Part shown: in pieces, positions 28,341-40,820 of the stretch | Numbering within the stretch: position 1 is the first letter of the stretch | How the letters are laid out: the number at the start of each line of letters is the position of its first letter | DNA from: Chrysomallon squamiferum | Taxonomy: Eukaryota; Animalia; Mollusca | Reading direction: 5' to 3' | Length of the DNA stretch: 64,000 nt | NCBI GenBank assembly: GCA_012295275.1 | Contig: CM022672.1 | Location: 7,254,001 to 7,318,000 of the forward strand | The notes under the pieces: model-generated | The model's input: the letters and a program-made list of their open reading frames with translations, nothing else | The model's database searches: none | Told to the model about the DNA's origin: nothing | Made by a program: the position numbers and the translations under genes

Positions 28341-29261
28341 AACAAGTGACTATATGAAAGACAGACAGACTAGAGAAGGTTAATGATGACTGTAAGATAA
28401 AAATTGTCAGTCGGAAAAAAATAATTTACAAATGCACAGCGGATCCATCCGTGTATTTCTCGACTTTCTCTTATTCTTACTGATTTTTTGTTTTCCCCTT
28501 TATAATCAAACTTAGTCCGTGTTGAAAATAATAGTCCTGCAAAGATGTCGCACCTCCTTTTATAAAATCCTGGATCCTAGGTTTTGTCTATGTTTGCTGT
28601 CGAAAGTAATATCCGTGATCATGATCTGTGACACTGGCGGCCTTTAGACCTTTTAGAATATAATATAATGTGACCGGCAAAATGAACAAGCAAAATAAAA
28701 TTATTACAAAGTGGAGTACCACGAAATGTGTTGAGCTTTTGACGTATATGAGACGAAACCCGTCACGCCATTAGAACTCAATTAAGTTAGCAAAGTGTCA
28801 GACCCTCGGCGATGAAACATCTAATCAAACGAACGACTGCAGACGATAATTTTCTTCTTCTTTCTAAATAAATCTTATTTAGTAACATTGCGAAGAAATT
28901 GTCGGGCATAAAACGGCCGCTTGATATTCAAAATTGAGACGAATTTTTGGCGCGTAAATGACAACTGTCCATACGGGAGATTGGCTGTCGTCTGCTTTTT
29001 AAAACTCACGTCTGCATAATCCAATTTATTCCGTTTGAGTGTAACCTACTCACAGGCCAACGAGGAAGATGTAGTAAATGTTGTTATAATTCTTACACTG
29101 TCGTCGCATTGTAGAAATTACTCAGTAATTCAGATCGTGGCCGATGTTCGGTATTCCCCCCAGTTGTTAGTAAATCGGTTAGCTTAGATCACGTGCATGC
29201 ATCACAGTTTCAACTTGATCAGATGTTTTCATTATTATTAGAATGCTAAGTCTCAAACATA

Positions 29262-29264
<3 letters not shown>

Positions 29265-29332
<68 letters not shown>
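29265..29332 (+). repeat. (CT)n microsatellite
   Basis: Direct read. Confidence 0.95.
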
Positions 29333-29335
<3 letters not shown>

Positions 29336-29526
29336 TTTATTTGTTTCTTTGTTTCATTGTTTGTTTATTTACTGACTGATAAAAAAAACATCTTAAGGAC
29401 CATCATTTACTAAGTTAGCTCTATCTGAAATAGGTGGTGAAGTCAGTCGATTAATGAAAAGTTTAAAAAACTCTCATCAGAATAGGTAATTCACTATATC
29501 TTTTTAAAAACAAAGAAAACAATAAA

Positions 29527-29579
<53 letters not shown>

Positions 29580-30799
29580 CATAATCATAATAACGATAAT
29601 ATTGATAATAATGATAATAAAGAAAAAACAACAAAAGAGAATGAATTAATGAACTCATGAAAGTAAGAATAGGGTTTTTTAAAAAGTAGGTAAGAAAGAA
29701 TGATGGGAAAATATCGAGAAGAACTCATAAGACAAACACAGCAATCAAATACGCAAACAAACAAACAAACAGTAAACACACTAACATGTATACAAACTGG
29801 TAGCAAAGCGAATCCATTCAGCGTGTTACAAATGTTTAGTGACAAGCGAGCCGCTCTCTTCTCAACCAGCAGCCATCTCAAAGTTTATCCAGTACTCCAC
29901 TCAGCTTCCGCCCAACGTCAACGCTGTCTTCAACCACGTTCTGGAGATATCTCCTGCCCGTCTTAATCAACGAAGTACGACGTTGACGGGGCTTTTTGGC
30001 ATCTGGAACGACGTGGTGTAGTAGCGTGATTACCGCAGCCTCGTGACGAAGGGGACATGTTCCCATGCTGGTTAACACAATGGAAAAACAAAGAGCAGTT
30101 TTGTGAGCAGCACACAAAACAAGCCTGTCACCGCTGATTGAGGCTGACACAACAAACATGCAGCGATTAAATCACTTCCACGAGTTTCAGACAGTTCTGG
30201 CTTGATGGTATGTGTGCAACACGGGCAAAGGGCCAGTGGATCGATTCTCAGCGCCGCCGAAAATATAGAATCATTTCCATAAGAAGACTTGGTTGGTTAT
30301 TGTATAATACAGACATACCGTGGTTTTATAACAGATTGAGTTTATCGAATTTCTTGCCTATATTTTAATATAAAATAAAAAACAATGATTGAACAACATA
30401 TATAATTATTTTTTCCCCTTCCAGTAACTATTGTAAAATATAAAAAAAATATAATATATAATTTAATTATCATTATAATTCCAACGAAGAAGATAATATT
30501 GTAATTTCCAGTCCCAATAACTGCAGAAATGTTATTGTTATATTTATCAATTACCTGCATCGATGGGTTTTTTTTTTTTGTATGAACAACTGTGAGAAAG
30601 ACTGAACCTAATGGGACTTTCAGCAAAATATACACAGATTTTGATGCATGTTACGTCAGTTGTGTACATGAATGAGATTGATATAATGATATATATATGT
30701 TGTCAGTGGAACGGAGGAAAAAAGAATGATCGTAGTCTATAATTTAATCATGATCTTTGATAATAAATCTGTTATTAAAAATGTATATATATAAACATG

Positions 30800-30802
30800 C
30801 AT

Positions 30803-30891
<89 letters not shown>

Positions 30892-30947
30892 TGTATGTAT
30901 GTATGTATGTATGTATGTATGTATGTATGTATATATGTATGTATGTA
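30800..30947 (+). repeat. (CA)n(TA)n(TATG)n compound microsatellite
   Basis: Direct read. Confidence 0.95.
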
Positions 30948-31344
30948 TTGATACCGAATTAAATATTTTAAGTTAATTAGATTAAAACTGCTATGCATCG
31001 TGTTAAAATACAAAATCTTACCGATTTAATCCAATGGAGTTTTGAAATTTCATCGGCTACAAAATAATAATTGAACTCGTAAATTTGCGCATGACGATGA
31101 AACAATAGCATGACGTCATTACAATAGAATTAGACCGTACTGATTCATTCATTTAGACATGGTCAGAATTATCCTATTTCTTATGGTTATTCTTTTTATT
31201 TTTACACGATTCTGCTAACATTCATGTAATGATGCTGTGTCCAACGTGAAGTCGTTGGAACATCTTTTCTGTCGGTCGGTATGTTCAAACAGAAATATTA
31301 TAATAACTATTTTTTCCCTTCTTTTCATTAATGTAACATTGATA

Positions 31345-31390
<46 letters not shown>

Positions 31391-31408
31391 GCATGGTTTT
31401 TATTTATT

Positions 31409-31448
<40 letters not shown>

Positions 31449-31488
31449 TATATGATTATTACTTTATCATCATTTTCATTATTATTAT

Positions 31489-31529
<41 letters not shown>

Positions 31530-31731
31530 TTGTGATGATGGTGTTGATAACAAGAAGAAGAAGAAAAATAGCAACAACAGCAACAACAAAAACAAGAACA
31601 ACTACAGAGATAATAATGAAAAGTAGTGGTGGGGTTTTACTAGTCTTAGTAGACGTAGTAGTAGTGGTGGTGGTGGTGGTAGTATTGGTAATATCAGTTC
31701 TAGTTGAACTCACTGTAATAATAACAGAAAT

Positions 31732-31766
<35 letters not shown>

Positions 31767-31924
31767 TAGTAGTGGGTAGTAGCAACAGCAGTATTAGTAT
31801 TAATTTTAGTTTTAATTTTAGTAGAAATAGAGGTAGTAGTAGTGGTGGTTGTAGCAGTAGTAGTAGTATTAGGTGTGGGATTACAATCATGTTAAAAGAG
31901 TCATGTAAAGGAATAAAGTGTTTT

Positions 31925-32008
<84 letters not shown>
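31345..32008 (+). repeat. Mixed simple-repeat field: (TG)n, (TTTC)n, (TAC)n, (GTA)n, (GCA)n, (CT)n
   Basis: Direct read; it explains the spurious 226-aa ORF. Confidence 0.92.
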
Positions 32009-32668
32009 TTAAAAATGTATAATAAAAATTAAAAATATATATATATTTTAAAAAATTACTACTTTATATTCAGACAATGCCACGACAGTTAAACTCTTTG
32101 TCTGTAACAGCGTTCTTCAAATACAGATCAGTAAACAATGCAGAAAGCAAAATACATTTTTTGTTCCATGTCGGCGCCATATAAGTATCATTATTATATA
32201 ATACAGATGTAAATATCTGACAACACTATGTGTTTCATATGTAAAATAAAACTGCAGCACACAACAAAACATGCACTGTGTTTTTCACCTAGTTTAGAGC
32301 AAAAATTCTCTTTCTTGGTTTTAATCAACATAATAAAAGTTTCTTTTCAGCCAAGGAAATTACGGACTATATGTCATTCAATTATAGAGCTACAAAAATA
32401 TTTTGTGATTATTCACAAAAAAAAGTTTTCATCCGTCTAGATACGTAATGAGGGCTAATATTTGGCGCCAAAGTCGGTTTGAGGACGTCTTTGATCTTTT
32501 TAAACATGACACAAATAAGAAATTTATAGAAAACAACACGATAAACGTAAATTATAAAACACTTACAGTTCAGACTGGCTTTATCCTCTTAAAAGCAAGA
32601 CACCAGTTTCATTACATCATTAAAAAAGAAAGTAAAAAAGAATGAAAATGGAAAAGTAATTAGAAAGC

Positions 32669-32711
<43 letters not shown>

Positions 32712-34674
32712 TATATATATATACGCATGCACAGATACACACATACACACACAATCACACATTTATAAAATTAAAATAGAAAAAGAAAAATCCCACACTA
32801 ACTTATATTTAGTCTCAGAAAGAGAAAACTAGTAATAATAATAATAATAATTATTATAATAATAACGTTCTTTTAAAATATTAAAATAATTTATCCCTTT
32901 TCTTATCGACTGAAAAGTTTTTTATTTTTAATAACGTTTATGTACGTTTTCGTTTTTCTTTCATTATATTTGCTCAACAAATGTTTTTTTTCTCTATCTG
33001 CGTCTGGTTTCCTTTCCTTTGGCTCTGAGTATACGGTTACTAGAAGAAAAAAAAGAAGTTGTATAGCGACAATTTTAACTTATGTTGGTAATATAATATA
33101 TTACACTTTTTTGATACAGCAATAATAAGGCATTAAGAAGAAAATAATACGCATAATCAGCAGAACTGCTTTGACTGTCGACTGGAAATCAGAACATATT
33201 TATGATCATTTCCGTGTTAATTTCAAAGCATAACAACAACTGATGTACAGTAATATAAGTAGTTTTGATTAGTTCTGTTAGTCCGTTTGACTGATGCAAA
33301 ATGTAAAGATGTAAGAAAATAAGAAAAAAAAAAAAAAAGAAGAAAAAAACATACGAAAAAACAAATTTATTCGCCAATAAAGTCGGAAAAATGCCTTTGA
33401 AGAGAAATATAAAAATGTACGATGGTTTTATAAAAGACATGTGCCTCTTGGCATAAATCAAAACGAATTTTGCTAGGCACTTCTCTTCTCTTAACGGCAA
33501 TGGTTGTTAATCTACGCTTGTCAGCGGCGAAATGCAATAGGGCATATTACCCGCGAAAAATATTTCTATCGCATCGAGAAAATTTATGACATGATAATTT
33601 GGCTGGCTGTCGAGACTGGATTTGAAAGGATGCGGAGTAAACCTTTGAAGTAAATAGATGTTGAACTCCTTGAGTATTCTTGCAAAATATATGAGTCCAT
33701 CGTTTGGAAATTCTTTCTTTTTTTCTTTTTCTTTCGGTTCTTCTTTCTTTTTCTCTCTCACTCGTTGATTATCTGTGTGTATGTTCTCGAGGCCGTCTGA
33801 TAGCAACTAAATGACTTGCCTAAAAGCAAGTGATCAATCAAGGTTCCTGTGCAAACCCAGCCCTCGGCGACGTTTCCAACTCTAGATGCAAACATCAAGA
33901 GAAACAGCGAGAAGTGACAAACCCCAGCACACTCTGGAAAAGCTAAGTTAAAATTACAAGGAGTCTTTTTTTTTCTTCCTTTTTTTTTTTTAATCAAACC
34001 CTTTTTAAAAAAAAAAATCCTTTCTCTGTAAAGGAATTAGCTAGTAAATTACCAAGAGAAAAATAATTTAAACGATTCGCTCTGTAATTTTCGCGGCATT
34101 TCGTTTGTTTGATATAAAATTTAAGGACATCATCGTCTTATTCGAGATCTGAAAAAAACGGGTTTGTTTGATTTTAGTAGGCGCCAGTTGTGGGCAACTA
34201 ATTGTTGTTCGTTAATAATATTTTACTCTTTGACATTTCCCCGTTTTCTGTGAAAAAGAAAATCTGAAAAGGAAGAATCCAGTAAATACGAATTCTACTT
34301 GTTTGACGTATACTCAAAAGGGCGAGGCGGGACCGAGTGACAAAATCTTATAAATTAAACGATGTTGTTATGCCGCGCAGTCTTTGAATTTCAAATGAAA
34401 AGTTAAATGTTTATAAATAACGGGGTGAATAAAGGGGCGACTTTGTTTGGTTGGGAGAGAGGGAGAAGGGCTGGACCTGTGTGTGTTTTTCATCTTTTGT
34501 TCTTTATTACAACTCTTGTTTTGTTCTTTGTCGTTGTTTGTTTCTTTATTTTTTTTTTCTTTCATTAATTTTTACTTTCTATTTCCTTTCATTTTCTTTA
34601 TTTCAATTCTTCTTTCTTTCAATTTTACTTTTTTTTTTTCCTTTTTTCTTTCTTTTTGCCTTTCTCGTTCTTTT

Positions 34675-34711
<37 letters not shown>

Positions 34712-34968
34712 TATTTATGAGGTTATATCGTTTATATGCCGTTCTGACAAATCCTTAAATTTGTTTTCTTTTATAAGTTTTACTAATTTTAAAAATAATT
34801 TTTTTTCTGCTTTAATAATGACATCAAAGACTTTATATGCTTTGAAAAACTGTTTACTTTTTTGCTTTTTTAAAAATCATTCTTTATGTTTTGGAACAGA
34901 AACACTTTTCAAAATTTAAAATACGTTGTTTACATTATTTCTTTTACAGTCTTTCTTCTTTTTTATTT

Positions 34969-35011
<43 letters not shown>

Positions 35012-35749
35012 TTTTACCATTTATTTTTATCTTTATTTTTATTTATTTATTTTTTATTTTTTTTTTTTTTTTTTTGAATATATATATATATATATATATG
35101 AATTCTAAAAAATAAAAATGAAGTGATACATCTAAACAACAATTTATAACATAAATTAAGTTAAAAAGGTAATAAATAAAAGTTAAAACTGAAACTAATA
35201 AAAATTTATGTAAATGCAAAGCAAGATCACACAGAATGTAAATTATTTAATTAGAATAAAAAATATTGAAATAATTTATTCATTAATCTTGTTTTTTCTA
35301 TTCGTTCTTATAAAAGGAAAATAAAAATAAAAAATTCTAAAGCCAGTCAATATTCATTTAAATATAATTACGAATATAACTAATTAATTAAAGAAAATAG
35401 GGGAAAAAACAACAGAAAATTAAGTAAACTTTAATATTTTGGTGTTGTTGTTGTTATTGTTGTAATTTTCTTCTTCTTCTTCTTCTTCTTCTTCTTATTA
35501 TTATTATCATCATCATCATCATCATCATCATTACTTTTTTGTGTTGTTGTTGTAGTTATGACAATTTTTTGTTCATTTTACTTTTTTATTTAATTATTGC
35601 GATCGAGATATTGTTGTTGTTATCCACGCTGTAGTCACTGTCGTTATTATTACTGTTGTTGATGCTGCTGCTGTTGTAGTTGTAGCTGTTGTTTTACTGT
35701 CTTCTTTTCGTTGTTATCCACTAAGTGTATGTGTACAGTTTTTTATTCG

Positions 35750-36200
35750 TCATCTCTCAACAAGGTTGCTCTCGCTGCCAGTCAAACGAATCATTATGGC
35801 GTATAAATTTCTGTCTCTGGCTTCTAGTAATTAATTTTAACTCTTCAAATTCCTTGTCAGAGTCTGGTGTAAATAACCAAACCACCGTGCCAAATCAATT
35901 ATCAAGTAGCAGTTCGGTCTCGGCAAAAGCAATCGCCAGGTGGCTACAACGCATGCCGCAGAGTACGAGCAAACCTCTGAACGACTGAGCCTGCACAGAA
36001 GCTCCGCCCATGGGCAGTCCGAGACGACAGTTTAAGCCCCGCCCACAACAACGCACTCGGCATCTACCAGTTTTTGAAAGCAGATCTGGTCACCTATTTT
36101 GGGCGAATAGTGAACACATTTGCAGCGACCTGCGATGTTTACATATAAAGAAAGAGTGATAGTCGAAATCGTCTTTTAAACTTCAATGCAAAAAAAAAAA
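35750..36200 (+). promoter_or_regulatory. Probable Lbx proximal promoter
   Basis: CpG-richer block upstream of the ATG. Contains GC boxes (CTCCGCCC 36002-36009, GCCCCGCCCAC 36036-36046), TATAAAG at 36144-36150 and a CTCF-like TCGCCAGGTGGCTA at 35933-35946. TSS not determinable. Confidence 0.55.
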
Positions 36201-36819
36201 GGCGCGAGTGTTAGCAAAAATAGACTGTGTGTTTCGTTTTGAGATAAACACACAGACCGGTGGAAACATTTTGGAACGTTCAGTGCAAAATCGGCTGCAC
36301 GGAAAATGCAACCTATGTAAGCAGGCTCACAGTTCATTCGTCATATTTTGGATTTAACACAGACACTGCACGATTGGGCGAGTTGTTCAGATTAACTCTC
36401 ACTTCACAGCACGGGGTGACACAGTGAAATCAAAACATGTGGCTGGATATTTCCACGTAAAAGATGGCACTCGTTTACACGGATACTGCTCTCTGGTAAC
36501 AAAATCGTGAATCTGACGCAGATAATCATAAAACAACACAGTGATACGTTTTAAAATGAAATTCGTGTTTGCTGTTGTTTATTCGAAAGCCTGATGGAAA
36601 AATAAACAATAGTTTCCAAACCAGAGTCGTGGAACGTTTATTTATTTGTAAACGATATTGTTAATTCATTAGAGAATCGGATATAAGAGAACTAGATTTG
36701 AAATTATTTTCGCATTGATGTTAGAAGAATATTTTCGGGTTCACCTGAGCATCGATCTTAGAATCTGAAACTGACCATCAACTGACCGTGACGTTTTGGA
36801 GAATACTACCAGAGACAAA

Positions 36820-37213
36820 ATGTCGACTTCGAGTGGTTTGTCAGACTCTGAAGACAGCTGTCACACGGAGTACGAGCCCATACACAGACTAGCCATGATA
36901 CGGGTGCATCCACCCCGTAACCCCAACAAACCGTTCACGTCATTCAGCATCAGCGACATCCTCGCCAGCTCCGCGACGCAGCCACAGAACACGTTCACGG
37001 CTAACGGTGCCAAAATTGTGAGGCCCTGGGCGTCGGGAATCGACAGGGAGAGCGACAACTCCTCCGACGGCGACGAAGAAATTAACGTTGACGACGACGA
37101 CGACGACGAACCGCCGCGGTCGTTGAAGACGATGGGGCTGGTGTCGCCGCTAGACGCGCTGATGGAGATGGCGAACAAGACGTTTGAAGGTCTGGAATCC
37201 CATGAGTCTGCAG
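36820..37213 (+). CDS. Lbx: Ladybird/Lbx homeobox transcription factor, coding exon 1
   Basis: ATG at 36820 (caaaATGtcg). Encodes MSTSSGLSD...PPRNPNKPFTSFSISDIL (Lbx-type context plus eh1 motif, 36943-36963) and SPLDALMEMANKTFEGLE (37144-37197, matching the Lbx-specific SPLxALEELASKTFKGLE motif). Ends at donor GCAG|GTATGT, phase 1. Confidence 0.93.
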
Positions 37214-37519
37214 GTATGTCGTCGCACTCGTGTATTTCACGTTGTTCACTTTGCACACTGCACGTGTTTTCACAAAAACGAACGTGTGCGTGCATGTATC
37301 TTTCTTCTAATATGTAAATATATTTAATTAGTTAATAACAAGGTTGAATATTTCTGATAAGAAAAGTTGAGATTTGAATGAAACATTCAGAAACGATATT
37401 ACAGGTTCAATGCAGCGTCGTTATTGAATTTAGTTTTTCTTTTCTGTTTCTGATACCAGGTATGAAAATACAAAAATATCATATTAAATTAAATTTTTAT
37501 TTAGTCTTTAGACGGATTT

Positions 37520-37565
<46 letters not shown>

Positions 37566-37690
37566 GTAGTAGTTGTAATAGTAGTAATAGTAATAAACAA
37601 TTAAGTAAATAAATTAAAAAAGGATAGAAAAAATATATACATGATAACATACATACATAAATACATACTTACATATAGAATATATATATA

Positions 37691-37723
<33 letters not shown>

Positions 37724-37889
37724 TTGATTTAAAAGTATAAAAGCTAAATAATATTTAATATTATAAAAAACTGAACTGATTCAATTCTTGTTTTATATAA
37801 ACTAACTGAATAACAAAAATAAAAGCAACAAAAATAATTTATTATAGGTTAAAACAGGAGTAATTAAAAAGAGAAACAGATTAATAAAG

Positions 37890-38070
37890 ATAATGACGAC
37901 GATGATAATGATAATAATAATAATAATAACAATAATAATGATAATAACAACAGCAGCAATATCTAATAATATGATAATAAAAATATTAAAAGCAATAACA
38001 ATAAGAATGACAATAGTAATGATAAAGCAGCAGCAGCACCACCACCACCAACAACAACAACAACAACATC

Positions 38071-38148
<78 letters not shown>

Positions 38149-38175
38149 TTAATAATAATAATAATAATAATAATG
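37890..38175 (+). repeat. Trinucleotide field ending in a long (AAT)n
   Basis: Direct read. Confidence 0.92.
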
Positions 38176-38388
38176 AGAATTATTAAAAATTTTAAAATTA
38201 CAGTAGTGAATAAGAGGTCGATAATAAATTAATATTTAATTCATTTTTATTTTTTTAATATTTTTTATTTTTTATTTTATTTTATTTAAAAAAAATATTT
38301 TTATTTATCACTATTTTAACGATTAATAAGTTTTAAATTAAATAGAATCCTTTTTGGTTTTTTAAATAATTTTACTAATAATAATAAT

Positions 38389-38432
<44 letters not shown>

Positions 38433-38514
38433 AGATCATAAGATGTATAATTTACAACATAATTTTAAAAAAATGCAACAAAATTAATATAAATAAAATA
38501 AAATAAAATAAAAC

Positions 38515-38545
<31 letters not shown>

Positions 38546-38968
38546 GATAAAATAATAATTAACAGAAATGTTTTTTTTTTTCACATTACGGTACACATAG
38601 ATAATAATATCATTTACAGTTAGAAAACTCTGAGAAACCGCTAGAAATATCAGCTACGAGCTTACAACAGCGATCACAAAACAGCGATTAATGGCGATTT
38701 CATGTCGCTTGTTTCTCTCAAGAACCACTGATTAATGCTTATACATTATTCAGCATACAGATTTTGACAATAACAAGATATTAGGATTAAAAGAGGACAT
38801 AGAATTTCTTTCATCTCCAAAACACATGATTAATTAATGTGGCATAATATGTTTCTAACACTGCAGTACAATTAATCAACCCGGGTAAAGCGGAGACTGT
38901 TTCGTTATGAATTAATTTAATATTTTGGAAACTGGCAGAGCAATAAACTTAGTATGAGACAGACCGAG

Positions 38969-38969
<1 letters not shown>

Positions 38970-39038
<69 letters not shown>
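38970..39038 (+). repeat. (GT)n microsatellite
   Basis: Direct read. Confidence 0.95.
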
Positions 39039-39041
<3 letters not shown>

Positions 39042-39358
39042 AGTATATGAATATACACGTCTATATTTATTAGAGTTGTTTTGTTTTTTAATATATGTTT
39101 TGCTCTGAGAATAACTTCATCGAGATTCAAGCATAAAAATGTGTTTATATCAATAACTGTAGAACATAGCCAGAGATGAATTTATATATGTTTCTTTATT
39201 TTATTTTGTTCTTGTTTTACATAAAATAACTGAATTACAAAAATAAAAGCACAAAAAAATAATTTATTATCGGTTAAAATAGAAGTAATTAAAACGAGAA
39301 GCAGATTATATGTGTGTATGTGTATGTATAATTATTTGTCTGTGTGTGTGTGTACGTA

Positions 39359-39392
<34 letters not shown>

Positions 39393-40017
39393 CTGTTTAC
39401 ACAGAATATATACACAGAAGAAACAATACAGTATTAATATACTATTTTTAGCTGATTTCTATAACACACAGTTTTTCTTTATACTAAAACGGAGAAGAAA
39501 AAAAAAAAGACCCAAAAAACTACGTTGATTTAGAAGTAAAACAAAGCCGCCAGCTCGAACGCGCGGTTAGAACAGTAATGAGTTTTACAAGTCTCGCTGT
39601 GAAACTGTTTGGACGTGAAGCTCGGGGACTGTTTGCGGAATTCCTGCTACACGTTGTTAACACAAAGAAAACGTACATGACGACCAGAAGCAAGCCGCAC
39701 TGTTTATTGTTGCAGTAATAGAAACTAAACACTGGGCAAACAGTTCGCAAACAAAAACTGATTAGTTAAACCAAATAGCTACACACTGAAAGAATGTTTC
39801 AGTTAAATTCTGTTTTCTTTACGCTTATTACGTTTTCGATGATTAGAGTGCGGGTTTCCTACTGTTGTCTTTTTTTTTTTCAATCGAACACCCACTTTGG
39901 TATTCGTGAAATTTGTTGTTGAAGTACGTTCAAAGAAAACTGGCGATGTATCGGCGAAAATGTAGAATTGTATGGTACAGAAATATATTGTTTATAGGAT
40001 ATTAAATATTTGATTTT

Positions 40018-40056
<39 letters not shown>

Positions 40057-40085
40057 TATAATTATAATAATAATAATATTAATAA

Positions 40086-40138
<53 letters not shown>

Positions 40139-40539
40139 TAATAATAATAATAATGATAATAATATTAATAATAATGATATTAATAATAATGGTGATAATG
40201 ATGATTATGATGATGTGATGATGATAATAAAAGCATGAAATAAAAATATAATATATAATAACCATAAATAAAAATAAAAGGTATTGCCTTTATGAAGTAA
40301 TGTAATTGTTTGTACTTGCATAAACGTTTTATAGGAATTTAAAATATCTTATTTAATTTCCTTTATATTATATATATATATGGTATGTTTCGTAAAAACT
40401 TTACACATTGTAAAAACAAACAAAAATAGATAATAATTACAAGTAGTTGATTTAGTAGTTAAACATTAAAAAATGGAACATGACATGTAATTAATTTCAC
40501 TCGATCGAAGTTATGAATTGTTAATTTCAGAACTGTTTC

Positions 40540-40640
40540 ATGTAATGTCAATTTCGTGTCGTCTTTAGTGACCTATGACCTTTAACTGACAGAAATCAAT
40601 GTCACAGTCAAACTGTTCACTGCAACAGACGAGCAAATGA
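40540..40640. promoter_or_regulatory. Candidate intronic enhancer with DR1 element
   Basis: TGACCTATGACCT at 40569-40581, flanked by TGTCA/TGACAG sites. Confidence 0.5.
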
Positions 40641-40766
40641 GAATAACTCATTCTTCTTTTTCTTGTTGTTGTGGGGGGTTTTTTTTTTTTTTTTTTTGTT
40701 GTTCTTCTTCTTCTTTATTATCATTATTATTGTTGTTGTTGTTGTTGTTGTTATTATTATTACTAA

Positions 40767-40820
<54 letters not shown>

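Noticed and set aside
29585-30159. Overlapping 60-98 aa ORFs in a GC-rich island
   Set aside because: No recognisable family and ORFs on both strands, as expected by chance at this GC content; treated as non-coding.
36796-36819. Track start at TTG and read-through to 37317
   Set aside because: Eukaryotic gene: ATG 36820 has good context, and the frame past 37213 follows a consensus donor into the intron.
36861-37295. 144-aa antisense ORF over Lbx exon 1 (also the 63-aa ORF there and the 66-aa ORF over exon 2)
   Set aside because: Shadow frames of a GC-rich coding exon; no independent support.
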